From Octopus sinensis (lineage: Eukaryota), in contig NC_043002.1 in NCBI RefSeq assembly GCF_006345805.1, positions 69,068,001 through 69,132,000 on the forward strand: DNA of 64,000 nucleotides, read 5' to 3'. A model generated the notes under the pieces. It was not told the origin of the DNA and did no database searches. It saw nothing but the letters and a program-made list of their open reading frames with translations. Below are positions 12,411 to 24,993 of the stretch, piece by piece (the first letter of the stretch is position 1; the number at the start of each line of letters is the position of its first letter). The position numbers and the translations under genes are program-made.

Positions 12411-13841
12411 AGCATGCTAATATGTATGTATATACATACGTGTACATAAATACAAATAAACAAGATGGACCTCCATAGAAATTCCATTTAACAAATTTCA
12501 CTCTCAAGGTACTTGTCAATTCCAGGCTATAATAGAAAACACTTTCTTTGAGTATCACACAGTGACTTGAACCTGAACTCACATTGTTGTGAAGCTTCTT
12601 CCTTAACCACAGGGCCATATCCTTAGTACTTATTTTATTCATCCCAGAAGTAAGAAATGCAAAGTTGACCACACCAGGATTTGAACACAGAATCTCACGT
12701 AACTAAGTTGCATAAGACATTTAGTTTAACACGCTGTTGCTTCAGCATTCTAGATATTCTCTTAAATATTGAATTTGTAATTATTGTCCGCTTAGAGTAA
12801 TTTCAGATAATGAACACATTTACATAGTGTATAACATCAGTGATGGCTCTCCCCTAACATCATCCATTACCTTGATAATTAATCTAATTTCCTAGTTGAC
12901 ATGTAAGCTGGGGCTTACTAACCATATTTCGAATCACCTCATAGTGTACAGATTTGACATTAATTAATTGTATTGATTGCACAGTGACTGCGTTAATAAT
13001 GTTATGACTCTGGAAATATTTAATTGGAGTAGATACTTTTGGCTCAGTTCCCTGCCATCCACAGATCTCTTCATGTAATGGAATTTTGTGTAGAGAAAGA
13101 ATTTTATGGAATTTTTTTACATTATTATTTAAACTTCTGTCAGTACATAACAGAAAGCTGGTTGGTTTTTATTATTCAAGTATTCATCTTCAATAATTCC
13201 ATGAACCCCTGATTCTTATAACAGTAACATCAAGTGCTATGAAGTAAGCTATTAACAAGATGATTCCAGGAGATAGTTCTTTCAACTTTCTGTTTAGTCA
13301 AATCATTTCACATACATTGTCAAAGGCTCTATAGGTGCCTTTGACAAATTACTGTCTAAGGTTGGGACTCTGAATAGTATTCACATTAAACTTGCTGCTA
13401 CATGGTCTTGATAGAGGAACATTCCTACAGTATAGGGCTGTTATATAGTATAAAAAGCAGATATAGTATGAGAGAATAACAGGAAGCAAGTTGATAGTAT
13501 TTTGTTTATTCTGTATCCATTATGATTGTTTCATTGATTGATATTCAAGGTCAATGACTAATCAAAAATTTTAGATGATAATTTATAGAATATTATTGAC
13601 CAGATCACTTGTGGATCACATCTTTAGAAATATTTCTGCAGTTCATTTGAAGATAACACTTTCATATCTCTGTTCAGTGGTTAAGGCATTGATTGTAGAC
13701 AAATTGAGTGTCAGACAAATACCTTGTGGTATTTAGCTACGTTTATGTTCAATGTTCAAATATTTTCAGGGCTAATGAAGTAAGTACCACCCACATACTG
13801 GTGTTGATTAACTATGCTCTTACTCTATATTGAGGCCTTCT

Positions 13842-13998
13842 GAGTTCAAATTCCGCCGAGGTCGACTTTGCCTTTCATCCTTTCGGGGTCGATAAATTAA
13901 GTACCAGTTGCGTACTGGGGTCGATGTAATCGATTTAATCCCTTTGTCTGTCCTTGTTTGTCCCCTCTGTGTTTAGCCCCTTGTGGGTAGTTAAGAAA
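13842..13998 (+). mobile_element. Young 5'-truncated SINE family D with perfect 18-bp TSD
   Basis: TSD tctatattgaggccttct at 13824-13841 and 13999-14016; CpG-rich core gtcgactttgcctttcatcctttcggggtcgataaattaagtacc. Confidence 0.92.
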
Positions 13999-14129
13999 TC
14001 TATATTGAGGCCTTCTACATTTCTACTGCATACATAGGTATCATTAACTCTCAGCACATTGAATATCAAGAATCACCATTCAAGTAGCGTAAGATCCATG
14101 CAATTATGTACATGGTAGGATCCCAATCC

Positions 14130-14490
14130 CTTTCACAGAGGCTGGTCACAAGTCTGTGTTTGGTCAAGAGAGTGTCCCAGATGCTCAGCCCATTTTACTG
14201 TCATGCCTTCTGACCATATTAGGTTCTTCTGCCTCATCTGCCATTTCAGTCTTTGTGCACTTTGTGGGTGACATCCCCTGTATAACAATCCTTCTGAGAT
14301 TGTTGATAGCCACTTAGTTTTGCTCACAAACTATAGCAAGGTACTACGATATGGTCATCATTGTGCTCTATTGACTTCTGGAAGCCATTAGTGAGAACTG
14401 TGTAGTAATTGGAGATCGGTGCTCCCATCCATGACTGGAGATGTGCAGCTGATAGGTTTACAAAGGCACTGTTCCTTACACACGACACCA
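14130..14490 (-). mobile_element. Decayed RTE LINE fragment (linker between endonuclease and RT)
   Basis: KNLIWSEGMTVKWAEHLGHSLDQ resembles the RTE ...EGIxxRWAEHFxxLLN motif. Confidence 0.5.
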
Positions 14491-15989
14491 AACACCTTCT
14501 GTTTGTATCTAGATAAATACATATATAAAAAATTTATCTTGTTTGTTGGTCTAACAAAAAAAAACAAAAAACAAAAAAAAAAACAAAATTGCATTCCATA
14601 TTTTGTAAAGTTCCTTCGACAGAGAAAAAATTGGGCTTGTTAGGTTAGACTACTTAGTGTTAGATAGAAGCATTACTGGTTTATAAAGGATTTGTGTGAA
14701 AATCTTGCTTTGCTGTAACATTTGTTATTGAAATGAGTATATAAATTTGATTGTGAGTCATTGCTGTTGTCTTATTCCTGTGAAATGCTGTTGAGAAAAC
14801 TTAGAATATTTGCAACTAATTTTCCACACACAATAGATTTAGTGGAAATGCTTTGTACTAATACATTTGATTTTGTCTTTTCACAAGTCTTATTGAATGT
14901 TGTGATGTTTGAAAATGAGTGTCCCTGAACAAAAGTTTCTTTTTCATATTGCCAGTTTATACCGTGTGAGGAGGTGTGTGTATGTGAGTGAGTGCATGCA
15001 TTTGCTTATACATAACATATATGCACACACCTTTTAAACTAAAGATATTTGTTACATTCAGTTTGTACATATACAATGCCAAGTTAACAAACGAGGGAGC
15101 CTCTACATAGATGCTTGACCAGCTAGGGATAGCAGTCAAATCTTAATTAGGTAGTGGCATATTAGATAAGGTAGTTCTAGGGACACTGTCTCAAAAATAT
15201 AAAACATATGAGTTGGTTGTGGCTGGAGAATATTTGATCATAGATGAAGGTGTTTAACAAAAGGACCATGCATTTAATGTAATTGAACAAAGTGTTTTAT
15301 AATCCACAAAAGTTTATAGGCCTGATACTGAACCAGTTTTAAATTGTGTTTATTATTGAAGGTGAGCCACCCCACTTAACTCGTTAGGCTGTAGGCCCAC
15401 CACTAAAGACTGTAAAGTATTTATTTTAAGCAAACTAATGAAGAGGTGCCCATCTTTCTCATTACAACCCCCTAACAAAATTCATTCATATTTTTTTCAG
15501 TGGTGCTCCTGATGTGTTGCTTTTAGCCTGCATTATATGTTTACTGCAATGTGGATTGAGTCAACATAACCTGTCATTTCCCCTCTTGCCTTTTATTATA
15601 AAGCAGCTCTGTGTGAAATTAACAGAATTATCACTGGAAGCTATAGACGTTTACACATTATGTTATATATTATGTGTGTGTGGGTACTATAGCTGTTGCT
15701 TAGCCCATAACTCATTAGTTCATGTCTCTTAAGTCAGTATGTTGCTTCCTTGTACATGACACTTGACTCCAGTTGCCTAAGGCTTCATGCTTTACAACAT
15801 TATTCATTATCGTTTTCGGTTTTACAGCTGTTGAGAGAGAGAGAGAGAGGGGTGTGTGGGAGGGAAGAGATGATTGAGACATGGCTATATATATATTACT
15901 GTTTGTCTTCAATTTTCAAAGGTTTCATATTGAATTAAATAGAATATGCTTTGCTTGTTGGAAGACTAATGACCAGTGTATTTTCGCTG

Positions 15990-16240
15990 TTGTCATCGTC
16001 ATTCAATGCCCATGTTTCATGCTGGCAGGAGTTAGATGGTTTGACAGGATCCAGCAGGCCCAAGGACTGCATTATGTTCAACTGTCTACTTTGGCGTGGT
16101 TTCTATGGCTGGATGCCCTTACCAACACTAACCCCTTTACAGTGTGTACTGGGTACTTTTTTTGTGCCACCAACACTAATAAGGTCATCATGCATCTTTC
16201 AAGACCACGAACCCCTATGCCTGGAGATGAGGGGTTTTCA
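15990..16240 (-). mobile_element. Family B repeat
   Basis: tttcatgctggc...ggctggatgcccttaccaacactaacc motifs. Confidence 0.7.
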
Positions 16241-17036
16241 AGTTAGAAAATACAAAGCAAAGCAAAAATGTACACCTTATGAAGATATGCATTTGCAGCT
16301 TGTGTATCCATTTTCCCAATAATGGGCTGTTTGATGACCCTTTCTTTTCTTTAATAGTGTTACAAAACATTAGCACACAGACATCCAAACTGACACACAG
16401 CCAGATGCAACAACAGCTTAGATATACCATGCCTATGAATACTTTATTGCTCAACCCCCAAATCAGTTACCTTAGATGATAAAATGTCAGTCTCTCAACT
16501 TACCAGTTATGAATTCTATATTCTGTTACTCTAATTATGCTGTCTCATTACTGAAAAAAATGAACTTTACCAACTTTAAATTCACAGATGAGGTCTAATT
16601 AATTAGAATTGTCTCCCTCATTTGCTGGATAAATGAAAGTAATATTAGTCAAAGATTAATAAATTTTTTTGTACCTCTCTGCATATATATTTCCAGTTAG
16701 CTTTTTAAAAGATCCATGCATTTATTATCATAACATTAACTATTGTTCTGTTAAATCATTTAAATGGTTGAGACATTTGGTTAATTAGGGAGGTGTTGGG
16801 TTATAGTGGCAAGTTTGAATCATAACAAGGTTGAGTTAACATTATATAGAGTTTATTACAAAAAAATAGAGCTAGACAAGATGATATTTTTTAGAAATAA
16901 TAGAAAATTGATTGATTGAACACATATTTACTTTTAAGGATGTCTAGCCAGTGAACATTTCCTTAATGGGGGTAATCTAACTTGATTCTGAGCAATAATG
17001 ATAATGTGTATAGTATTATTTTATATATATATATGT

Positions 17037-17410
17037 AGGTGCAGATGTAGCTATGTGGTAAGAAGCTTGCTTCTCAACCACATGGTTCCAAGTTCAGTCC
17101 TGCTGTAAGGCACCTTGGGGCGAGTGTCTTCTACTATATAGCCTTGGACTGGCCAAAGCCTTGTGAGTGGATTTGGTAGACAGAAATTGAAAGAAGCCCA
17201 TTGTATATATATATATATATGTGCACACACACATAAACATACATGTGTTTGTCCTCCGCCCCACTATCACTTGACAACCGATGTATGTCCCTGTAACTTA
17301 GTGGTTCGGCAAAAGAGAACAATAGGATAAGTCCTGGGGTTGATTTCTTTGACTAAAAGCAGTGCTCCAGCATGGCTGCAGTCAAATGACTGAAACAAAA
17401 AAAAAAGTAA
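17037..17410 (+). mobile_element. SINE family A
   Basis: Head, ccaaagccttgtgagtggatttggtagac core, and aaatgactgaaacaa tail. Confidence 0.88.
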
Positions 17411-17427
17411 AAAAATAAAATATATAT

Positions 17428-17843
17428 AGGCATGATTGTGTGGTTTTGAGTTCAGTCCTAGTGCTTGGGACTTTTGGCTTGTCTTCTCATATAGCTTTAG
17501 GCCAACCAATGCCTTGTGAGTGGATTTGGTCAACAGAAATTGAAAGAAGTACATCATAGATATATGTACATGCACACACGCACACACACAGACACATGTG
17601 TGTGTTACTATTTCCTTGCCTTAACTTCCCAAGATAGATGTAAATGAATGTTGCCACTATGCAAGCAGTGTCCTTCATTTCCAATCTTCTGTGAAAATAT
17701 GTTTGGAGATGGGGAAATTTTACTTTATTTAAAAACAGGCAGGGGTTGGTGACAGGAAGAGCATCTAGCTGTAGAAAATCCATCTCAACAAATTCCATCT
17801 AACCCATCCAAGCATGGAAACATGAATGTTATATGATGATGGT
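17428..17843 (+). mobile_element. SINE family C: family-A head/core joined to a different tail ending like family B
   Basis: gccttgtgagtggatttgg core, then ...ggaagagcatctagctgtagaaaatc...aagcatggaaa...atgatgatg; tail-only copies at 43325-43523 and 47340-47545. Confidence 0.7.
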
Positions 17844-18244
17844 GATATACAGCTGCAGAGGACAGATTAATATGAATTGTGTATTTTCCTGTAGTGCTTA
17901 ATTTTTATTGAGATAGAAAATGTTGGATTCTGGGCCATGTTAGGTGCCAATTTCGAGGATTTAGGTTAATTATATCAACCCTAGTATGTATTGAGTGGTA
18001 GTTTATCAATACTGGAAAGCTAAAAGTGGATGTTAAAAGATGATAGCATGCACATCCACACACACACACACACACACACACATTTATATGCTTTTTAATC
18101 TTAGGAGGGAAGAAAAGTGCCCATAGCTCTTTACAGGCCTCTGTGGTTAATGGGAGGAAAAAAGGTATCCTCAAACTGGAATTTTGTCCTGAATACTTGA
18201 CACAGATTAGGCTCTGTTAAAGATACCTAGAGGTACCCTGGTAA

Positions 18245-18720
18245 ATCATCACTCATCATCATTAGTTAATATCCTTTTTTCCATGCTGGTGTGGGTTGGA
18301 TGGCTTGACAAGAGCAGACAAGCCAGAGGGTTGCACCAGGTTCTATGTCTGCTTTGACATGGTTTCTACAACTGGATGCTCTTTCTAATGCCAACAACTT
18401 AAGAGTATATAGGTGCTTTTTATGTGGTACCGGCACCAGTGAGATCACCAAGTGCCAGCAAGATATGACCCCTCAACCAAACAGGGCATAGACTGGAGGA
18501 ATAAGTAACAGTAATAGAGGAAAAGGAGCAGGTGTCTTTCTGAAGAGGTGGATATATGACTTGCCTATTTGGAAAATAAATGAGAGAGAGAGAGAGAGAT
18601 ATGTGAGGTGCCAGTGCTATGTGAATAAAAGACGAATAAAAGGAAAAGGTGGCTGTGTAGATAAGTGCAATGAGTGAAAATAGTGTGACATGATTAGAGA
18701 TAGGGATTGAGATGGATACA
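18245..18720 (-). mobile_element. Family B / RTE 3' UTR fragment
   Basis: ttccatgctggtgtgggttgga...ctggatgctctttctaatgccaac...ggcaccagtgagatcaccaag. Confidence 0.75.
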
Positions 18721-18736
18721 AAGATATCAGTGAATA

Positions 18737-18946
18737 CAGTAATCCCTTGACTATTGCAGGTGTTACATTCCAAAACACCCTGCAATAGGTGAAATTCTGT
18801 GAAGTAGAAGCAGTGCTGTACTGTATATTTAAAGAAGAATTTTTTAATAATTTCTATGTATATAATTTATTATAAATGCAAAACAACACCATGGAGGAAT
18901 TGACATTAGCTTAAATACTAAACTGCGATATGGTGAGGGATTACTA
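18737..18946. mobile_element. Tc1/mariner-Tigger-type MITE
   Basis: TA|cagtaatcccttgactattgcag ... ctgcgatatggtgagggattacta|TA: imperfect TIRs of about 23 bp with TA flanks. Confidence 0.75.
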
Positions 18947-21372
18947 TATATATCTTTGTCAAGCCTGAGGTGGACATGATTTGAGTTTACTTAGCAATAA
19001 ATCCTTTTAAGGCTTATCTCAGCCCCATATAGTTTGTGCAAAACCATGTGTATGGCTGTGGCACAAAAGGACAGAGGTAAAATTTATAGTTTTTCACTAG
19101 AACAATTTGAATTTTTGTGTGAACCAACTAAATCAATCTAGGTCCCTCTCTGCGCTCTCAAAGAGAGAGTTCAAGGAAAGTGAGTTGCCAGTTTTGTAGC
19201 TTTATTTTCATTTCTTGCTAGCCAGGAATTGAAGCTGTTTTATATTATTGGCTACCAACTCCTTAGCCATTGATCTTCTCAACTGGTGTATTCCAACAAA
19301 AGATGGAATGAAATAGCAGAAGAAAGATTTTAATTTATCTTCTACACTGGTACTGTTATTGTTGGAGGCTTTTATATTTTATGAATGTCTTTGTTGTAGT
19401 ATAAATACACTTAAGGCTATCTGCTTTTTCACAGTCTTTGGATGGCATTTTTCATTTGATTCAATCTTCCTATTGTCATCTTCATAAAGTGACTGTTCTT
19501 ATATCATAGAAGTTGATTTAACAATCAACTATTTCATGTAAAGTTGCTGTGAGCAAAATTTGTTAGATGAACATGACATGAAAATAGAATTAGCAGAATG
19601 AAGGATTTGTTGATGTATAGACATCAGTTGGAAAGAGTTACGAAGCAGTTATTTTGATAGATGAAAAATGTGTAGCAGGAGGGTAAAGTACCAAGCTCTA
19701 TTTTGATTGGAAACAAATTGAAATTTACTTTGTGAATGATATGCACAGATTGGGAGTAAATCAATATGGTGAGAATTTTTATTTTTAGATATAGATTGTA
19801 GCTTTAAGAATTGTTTTCATTTGAAATCAATGTTTAATGCACACATATTCACATTCACAAACACACATATTCTTTGTAAAAAATATTGAGACAGTATGTT
19901 CATATACTCTCATAAAATAGCTTTACTAATTAATGTACATTAATTTGCTTGACTGCAAAGAAAATGGTCTTTATCAGACCCATCATCATTGAAAAATAAA
20001 AATTAAAAAAAAGTTTGTTTAGGTATTGGTTGAGATCTAAATTTGATACTTATTTCAAGAAGCTCGTTCTTACACAGAAATATTTTGTTGAAATGATTTG
20101 CTGTGAATTGATTATTTAAGCAAATTTTTTCGGGTACTAGTATAGCCTCTGAAGTTGATTCTATTTTTGAGATTAATTCTGTTAAATGCATCTCATTTCT
20201 ATAAATTCATTACTTTAGAATATAAAAATTGAGAGTTTGAAATTTGTAAGGTAACAAACAGTTTAACTTCATCTGCTGATAAAGGTAACTTTTAATAATA
20301 ATAATACCATGTTTATATAATTAGCATAATCATAAAAATTTAACCTTTATTAAAAAATGAGTAGCAGTTTAAAATTATTTCAAATAATTTCAGCTAATAA
20401 TGCTTTACTATTTTGGTTAGGATGTTTGAAACAATTGAATATACAAAATTATTTTCTTAAATTATTAAGCTTTGCTTCCATTCAGTTGGAATAATACATT
20501 ATAGTTATTCACTGAATTCAAATTGACTCATTTAACTTACGTTCTACAGAATTGTGTTTGAAATAAGGTTTTGACTTCGAGGAGTACAGACAGGATAGAA
20601 GCTAAGTTGTTTATAATATGACATTTTCTATCAAGTTGTTACAAACTTGGGAGTAGAATAAAAATGGTTTCTCTTCAGTAGTTTCTCATGTTCTCACTCC
20701 AGGAAGAGGGAATAGCTGCCATTACAATATATGTGTGTGTGTATGTGTATATATATATATATATATATATTTCATATAACAGTGTTCACATGCTATCTCC
20801 CTGTTAAAATAAATAAATAATAGCATCAGCTTATTATTGTAATCCAATCTTCTGACTTGCTTTTATGGGAGTTCTTTAGATACTAGCAACAGCTATTAGA
20901 TGCCATGTGACTGTTACGTGGAATATTTTGCTTACTTTTGGCAAATTTTCTGAGAATGTTATTTAAAAAAATTATATATATTTTTGTGTGATTATAACTT
21001 GCACTTTGGGTCTTTTTCAATGTTTCCTTGAACTGCATATCAGTGGCTGGAAATTTCTACTTCGACATACATATTTGTAATTGTGTTGTAATAAAGTCAT
21101 TTATTCATTAAAAACACATGTTGTTATATTCACTTCTATATTTTATTATTGTCATAAAATATTAAGCATCACACTCTTTCATCATATGTCTACAACCTAG
21201 ACTGATCTTCTATTTTACTGTATCTGTTAGAAGGCTGTTATGTTGATTATTTTGCTTGCTTTTGGCAAATTTTCCTAGAATGTTATGTATATGATATGTT
21301 TTTGTGTATAATCACTTTGATTCATTTTTAAATGTTGGCCAGTCCTTATAAACTGTGGTGCTAATAGTTTCT

Positions 21373-21694
21373 TTATTACCTCTGCCTTAGCAAAGTCGGA
21401 GGTATTGTTTTCAGTTGTGTTTGTTTGTCCATGGATAAGATATCTCAAGAACCGCTGGATGGATTCAGATGAAACTTTCAGGGATGTTTGGCTTCGTGAC
21501 TGGCATGAACTGATTAGATTTTGGAATCGATCCGGTTCCAGACAAGGATTTTGGATTATTTTTTTCATTTTTTTTTTTTACTTAATTTTTGAGAGCAGTC
21601 GGGTTCATTTTTAGTATTCCCATTCTCTTTCTAAAACTCATCTACGGTTAATCGTTGAGAGGGCATAGGTTTGCACTCTCTGAGTGCTCTTGTT
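21373..21694 (+). mobile_element. Non-autonomous Helentron-associated / DINE-1-like element
   Basis: 5' ttattacctctgcc...ggaggta stem, (TGTT)n microsatellite, 3' hairpin gcactctctgagtgc followed by tcttgtt; inserted in a T-rich site with no TSD. Confidence 0.7.
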
Positions 21695-21759
21695 ATTATT
21701 ATATCTATGTCTTACTCTATCATGTTACTGTTTATTGTAATATCATACAATTTTCTACT

Positions 21760-22045
21760 CAAGAAAGATGAAACTCTGAAATAGAATGGCAAGTTCACTT
21801 TGGCAGAATTTGAACTCAGATCATAAAGTTGTAAACTAAATACTGTAACACATTTAACTAGTCACTCTTACTGTTTCAGCCACTCACCTATTTTCCTAAT
21901 ATCAATTATTTCTGATTTAGGCACATGGCCAGCATTTTTCGATGGATGAATGCTCCAATACTTGACTGGTACTTTATTTTTATTAAGCTTGAAGGGATGA
22001 AAGACAAAGTTGACTTTAACAAAATTTTAACTCGGAACATAACTG
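21760..22045 (-). mobile_element. Two degenerate SINE family D fragments
   Basis: ggcagaatttgaactcaga and gaagggatgaaagacaaagttgact motifs, the reverse complement of the family D core. Confidence 0.65.
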
Positions 22046-23610
22046 GAACAAAACAACAAAAGTATATTTTCTGAGTAGATGTTACTTTGTCTTGAAATAA
22101 TAGGGAAAATGGTCACTGTTGAAAGCACTCTATTCATTGAGAATTAAACTCCTATCCAAATTGGATGTAAATGGAATGAATTATTAAGTAGATCTGTCTG
22201 GCAGTGTTAGTAGGTTAATAGCTGTTGCACGTAACAAGACGTTAATACTTAGACTAAGGGGTGTGAGTGTTCGTTTTCTTCTTGTAATGCTTTGGCATGA
22301 TTGCTTATTTTAAAATATTTTTTTTGCTTTTCACTTTGTTCAGTTCTCAGTCCTTTCGCTAATTCCATTCATTTTTGAGTAGTTGTACTCAAAGATTTCT
22401 TTGCACTTTTTCTGCTGCAGTTATTGCCAACAGCTGCCAACTGTTCATTTGATATTTTTGTTTCAAATTAAAGTAATGTAAACGTCTTCAAATCTTTGTG
22501 TAGGTGCTCTAAATACAAATAAATAAATGAATATCCCATCCCCCTCCTCATCCTTAACAAAACCTCCAATGCTTTCAGTTTGCCCATCCATTCAACAAAT
22601 GCTATCATGGGATCTGATAATCCTTTCTTTACTCAACGGGAATATTTATACATTATAATTAGAAGATAGTGATAGGAAAGACAGCACTTCATATCATGCA
22701 ACATTTTAAGGAAGAGTTGAATGGGTAAACAATTTATGTTCATTCTTTGCTAAGCTTTCAAACCATTAATGCAATTGTAGAAAATACAAAAATTTTCTTT
22801 AAAAGGAATTTTTGATTGCTTGATTTCCATATAAATTATTCTCCTTTATATAAGAGTGAAAAAATGGCAGAGAACTAGCAGTGGAGTGAAAGGAAAGAAT
22901 CAATCTGTTTGATGTGCAGCATGAACTTGATGGCAAGCTCGAAAGTGAAATGAGTTTTGCTTCTTTGGATGTTGTTTCTTGAGTCAGATTTTAGATACAG
23001 ATAAATGGTGAGAGTTTCTTCTCTCAAAAAGCTAAATTAATATCAGCATGGAAAAGCATATTCTAAGTCAGTGAATGACAATGATAATGATCAATTAACA
23101 AGGGAAAGTTAAATAGATAATGAGTGCGATAAACTAAATCTGTAATTGATTTAATTTGCAATTTTAGCTTTTTCTCTTATGACAATAATTCTTCTGAAGA
23201 AAACAACATGGCTGTTATGACATTTCATTTCCTTTCTTTTCTAAATTAAAGTGTTCATGTATTCTTTCAATTCTTTTATTGGTTTACCATATTTGTTAAT
23301 TTCTCAGCACTTATCTAAACACAAACTCTGACTCCCTCTCTTTTTTTATGCACACACACACACACACATGAAAGTGTCTGAACAGTTTCTGTTCATCAAA
23401 TTCCACTTCCAAGAGATCAGTCAACAGGTCTCTTACCCAAGGTGTCACATGGTGGGATTGAAACAGGGACCACATGGTTGTGAAGTAAACTTCATAACTG
23501 CACTGCCATACCTGTGTGTGCGTGTATATTGTCTCATCATTGTTGTCATAATCTAATGTGTATATTCCAGTTTTAGAATAGGTACAGTGTGCCCCTACAA
23601 CTGGCGGTAA

Positions 23611-23840
23611 TTAACCCTTTCGTTATTGTATTTATTTCGAGATGCTCTGTGTTTCTTTCAATTAATTTTAAATATAACAAAGAATTTAGTAAAATAACTT
23701 AGTTATTATTCAGCTAGTGTTAGGAACATAAATTCTGACTAAGGTTTGGTGGAAGATTTTAATTCAGAACTTTTGAAAATAAGACATTTGTACTACAGAG
23801 CCAGAGGCTATTTCAGCTGGGTTGTTATCAAAAGGGTTAA
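23611..23840 (-). mobile_element. piggyBac-type MITE (family E), intact ends
   Basis: ttaacccttt...aaagggttaa: TTAA duplication and CCCTTT termini; 230 bp. Confidence 0.9.
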
Positions 23841-24628
23841 AATGGTTGGCGTCATAAAAAGTATCCAACTCATGCTGGCATGTAAGGAAGATATAATTTC
23901 ATCCTATTCACTTTGCTCACCCAGCTGTTATTTTATGTGGTATTATGTAATATAGAGATTATAATTGATTAATCTTTGCCGGCAGTGATTTGACATTTGT
24001 TGAATTTATCATTGTCTGAGAAGTAGTATTTGTTATGTGTTAAGCTTAACCTGCTCTTTAAACTCATCAAATACTTTGAGAAATTGAACTACCATGCAGG
24101 CATTATAAACCAGAAATTGTAACACTATGATAATGTCATGAGTCTTTTCAAGTGGATTTTTTTCTTATTTTGATAACATACAGGCTCAAAGAAAAGGTAG
24201 TTTTATTGTCTTGCATTTCGGATTCAAAATTTTATTAACTTGTTTATTGGAGTAGAAATTTTAAGTGTTTTACTCACCTTGTCATTAAAAGATTTACTCT
24301 TGTGAAATCTCTGTTTACTGTCATTTATGAGCTTGAGATGTAACGATTTGTACAAATTTACTTTGTGTTTTTCTTTTTCTTTTTTTTTTATGGCCTTGTG
24401 TTATTTAAAACATTAACTTCAATCCAAAGAACTTCAGGTTCTGAATTTTTTTATATGCTAAATTGTCAAAATATATAAGCTATATTTTTTAGTCATTGAG
24501 AGGACATTTGCTCTTTTCGAATGTTAGAGAGTCAAATTATTATGGTTAAAATATTGGTAAAATAATATTATTTCCATACTAACCTTGCAGTTTGTATTGT
24601 ATTTATTTTCTAAAGATTTTTTGTTTGT

Positions 24629-24993
24629 AGGTGCAGGAGTGGTTGTGTGGTAAGAAACTTCTTTCTCAATCACATGGTTCTGGGTTCAGTCTCCCTGCAT
24701 AGCACCTTGGGCAAGTGCTATAGCTATAGCCTTGGGCTGACCAAAGTCTTATGAGTGGAGTTGGTAGACGGAAACTGAAAGAAGACCGTTGTGTGTGTCT
24801 GTCTGAGTTTGTCCCCTCTCTGCTTGACAACCGATGTTGGTGTGTTTATGTCCCTGTAACTTAGCAGTTTGGCAAAGGAGACCGACAGCCTAAGTACTAG
24901 GCTTCCAAAGAATAAGTCCTGGGGTCGATTTGTTCAACTAAAGGCAGTGCTCCAGTATGGTTGCAGTCAAATGACTGAAACAAGTAAAAGAAT
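24629..24993 (+). mobile_element. Full-length SINE family A
   Basis: aggtgcaggagtggttgtgtggtaag ... aaatgactgaaacaagtaaaagaat. Confidence 0.9.

Noticed and set aside
22195-22256. tggcagtgt (miR-34-like seed) in a weak hairpin
   Set aside because: The rest does not match miR-34, and the stem depends on many G:U pairs and bulges; compatible with chance.
22856-23008. Purine-rich exon-like segment ending at g|gtgaga
   Set aside because: I found stops in the frames examined and the acceptor is weak; it could only be non-coding and has no further support.
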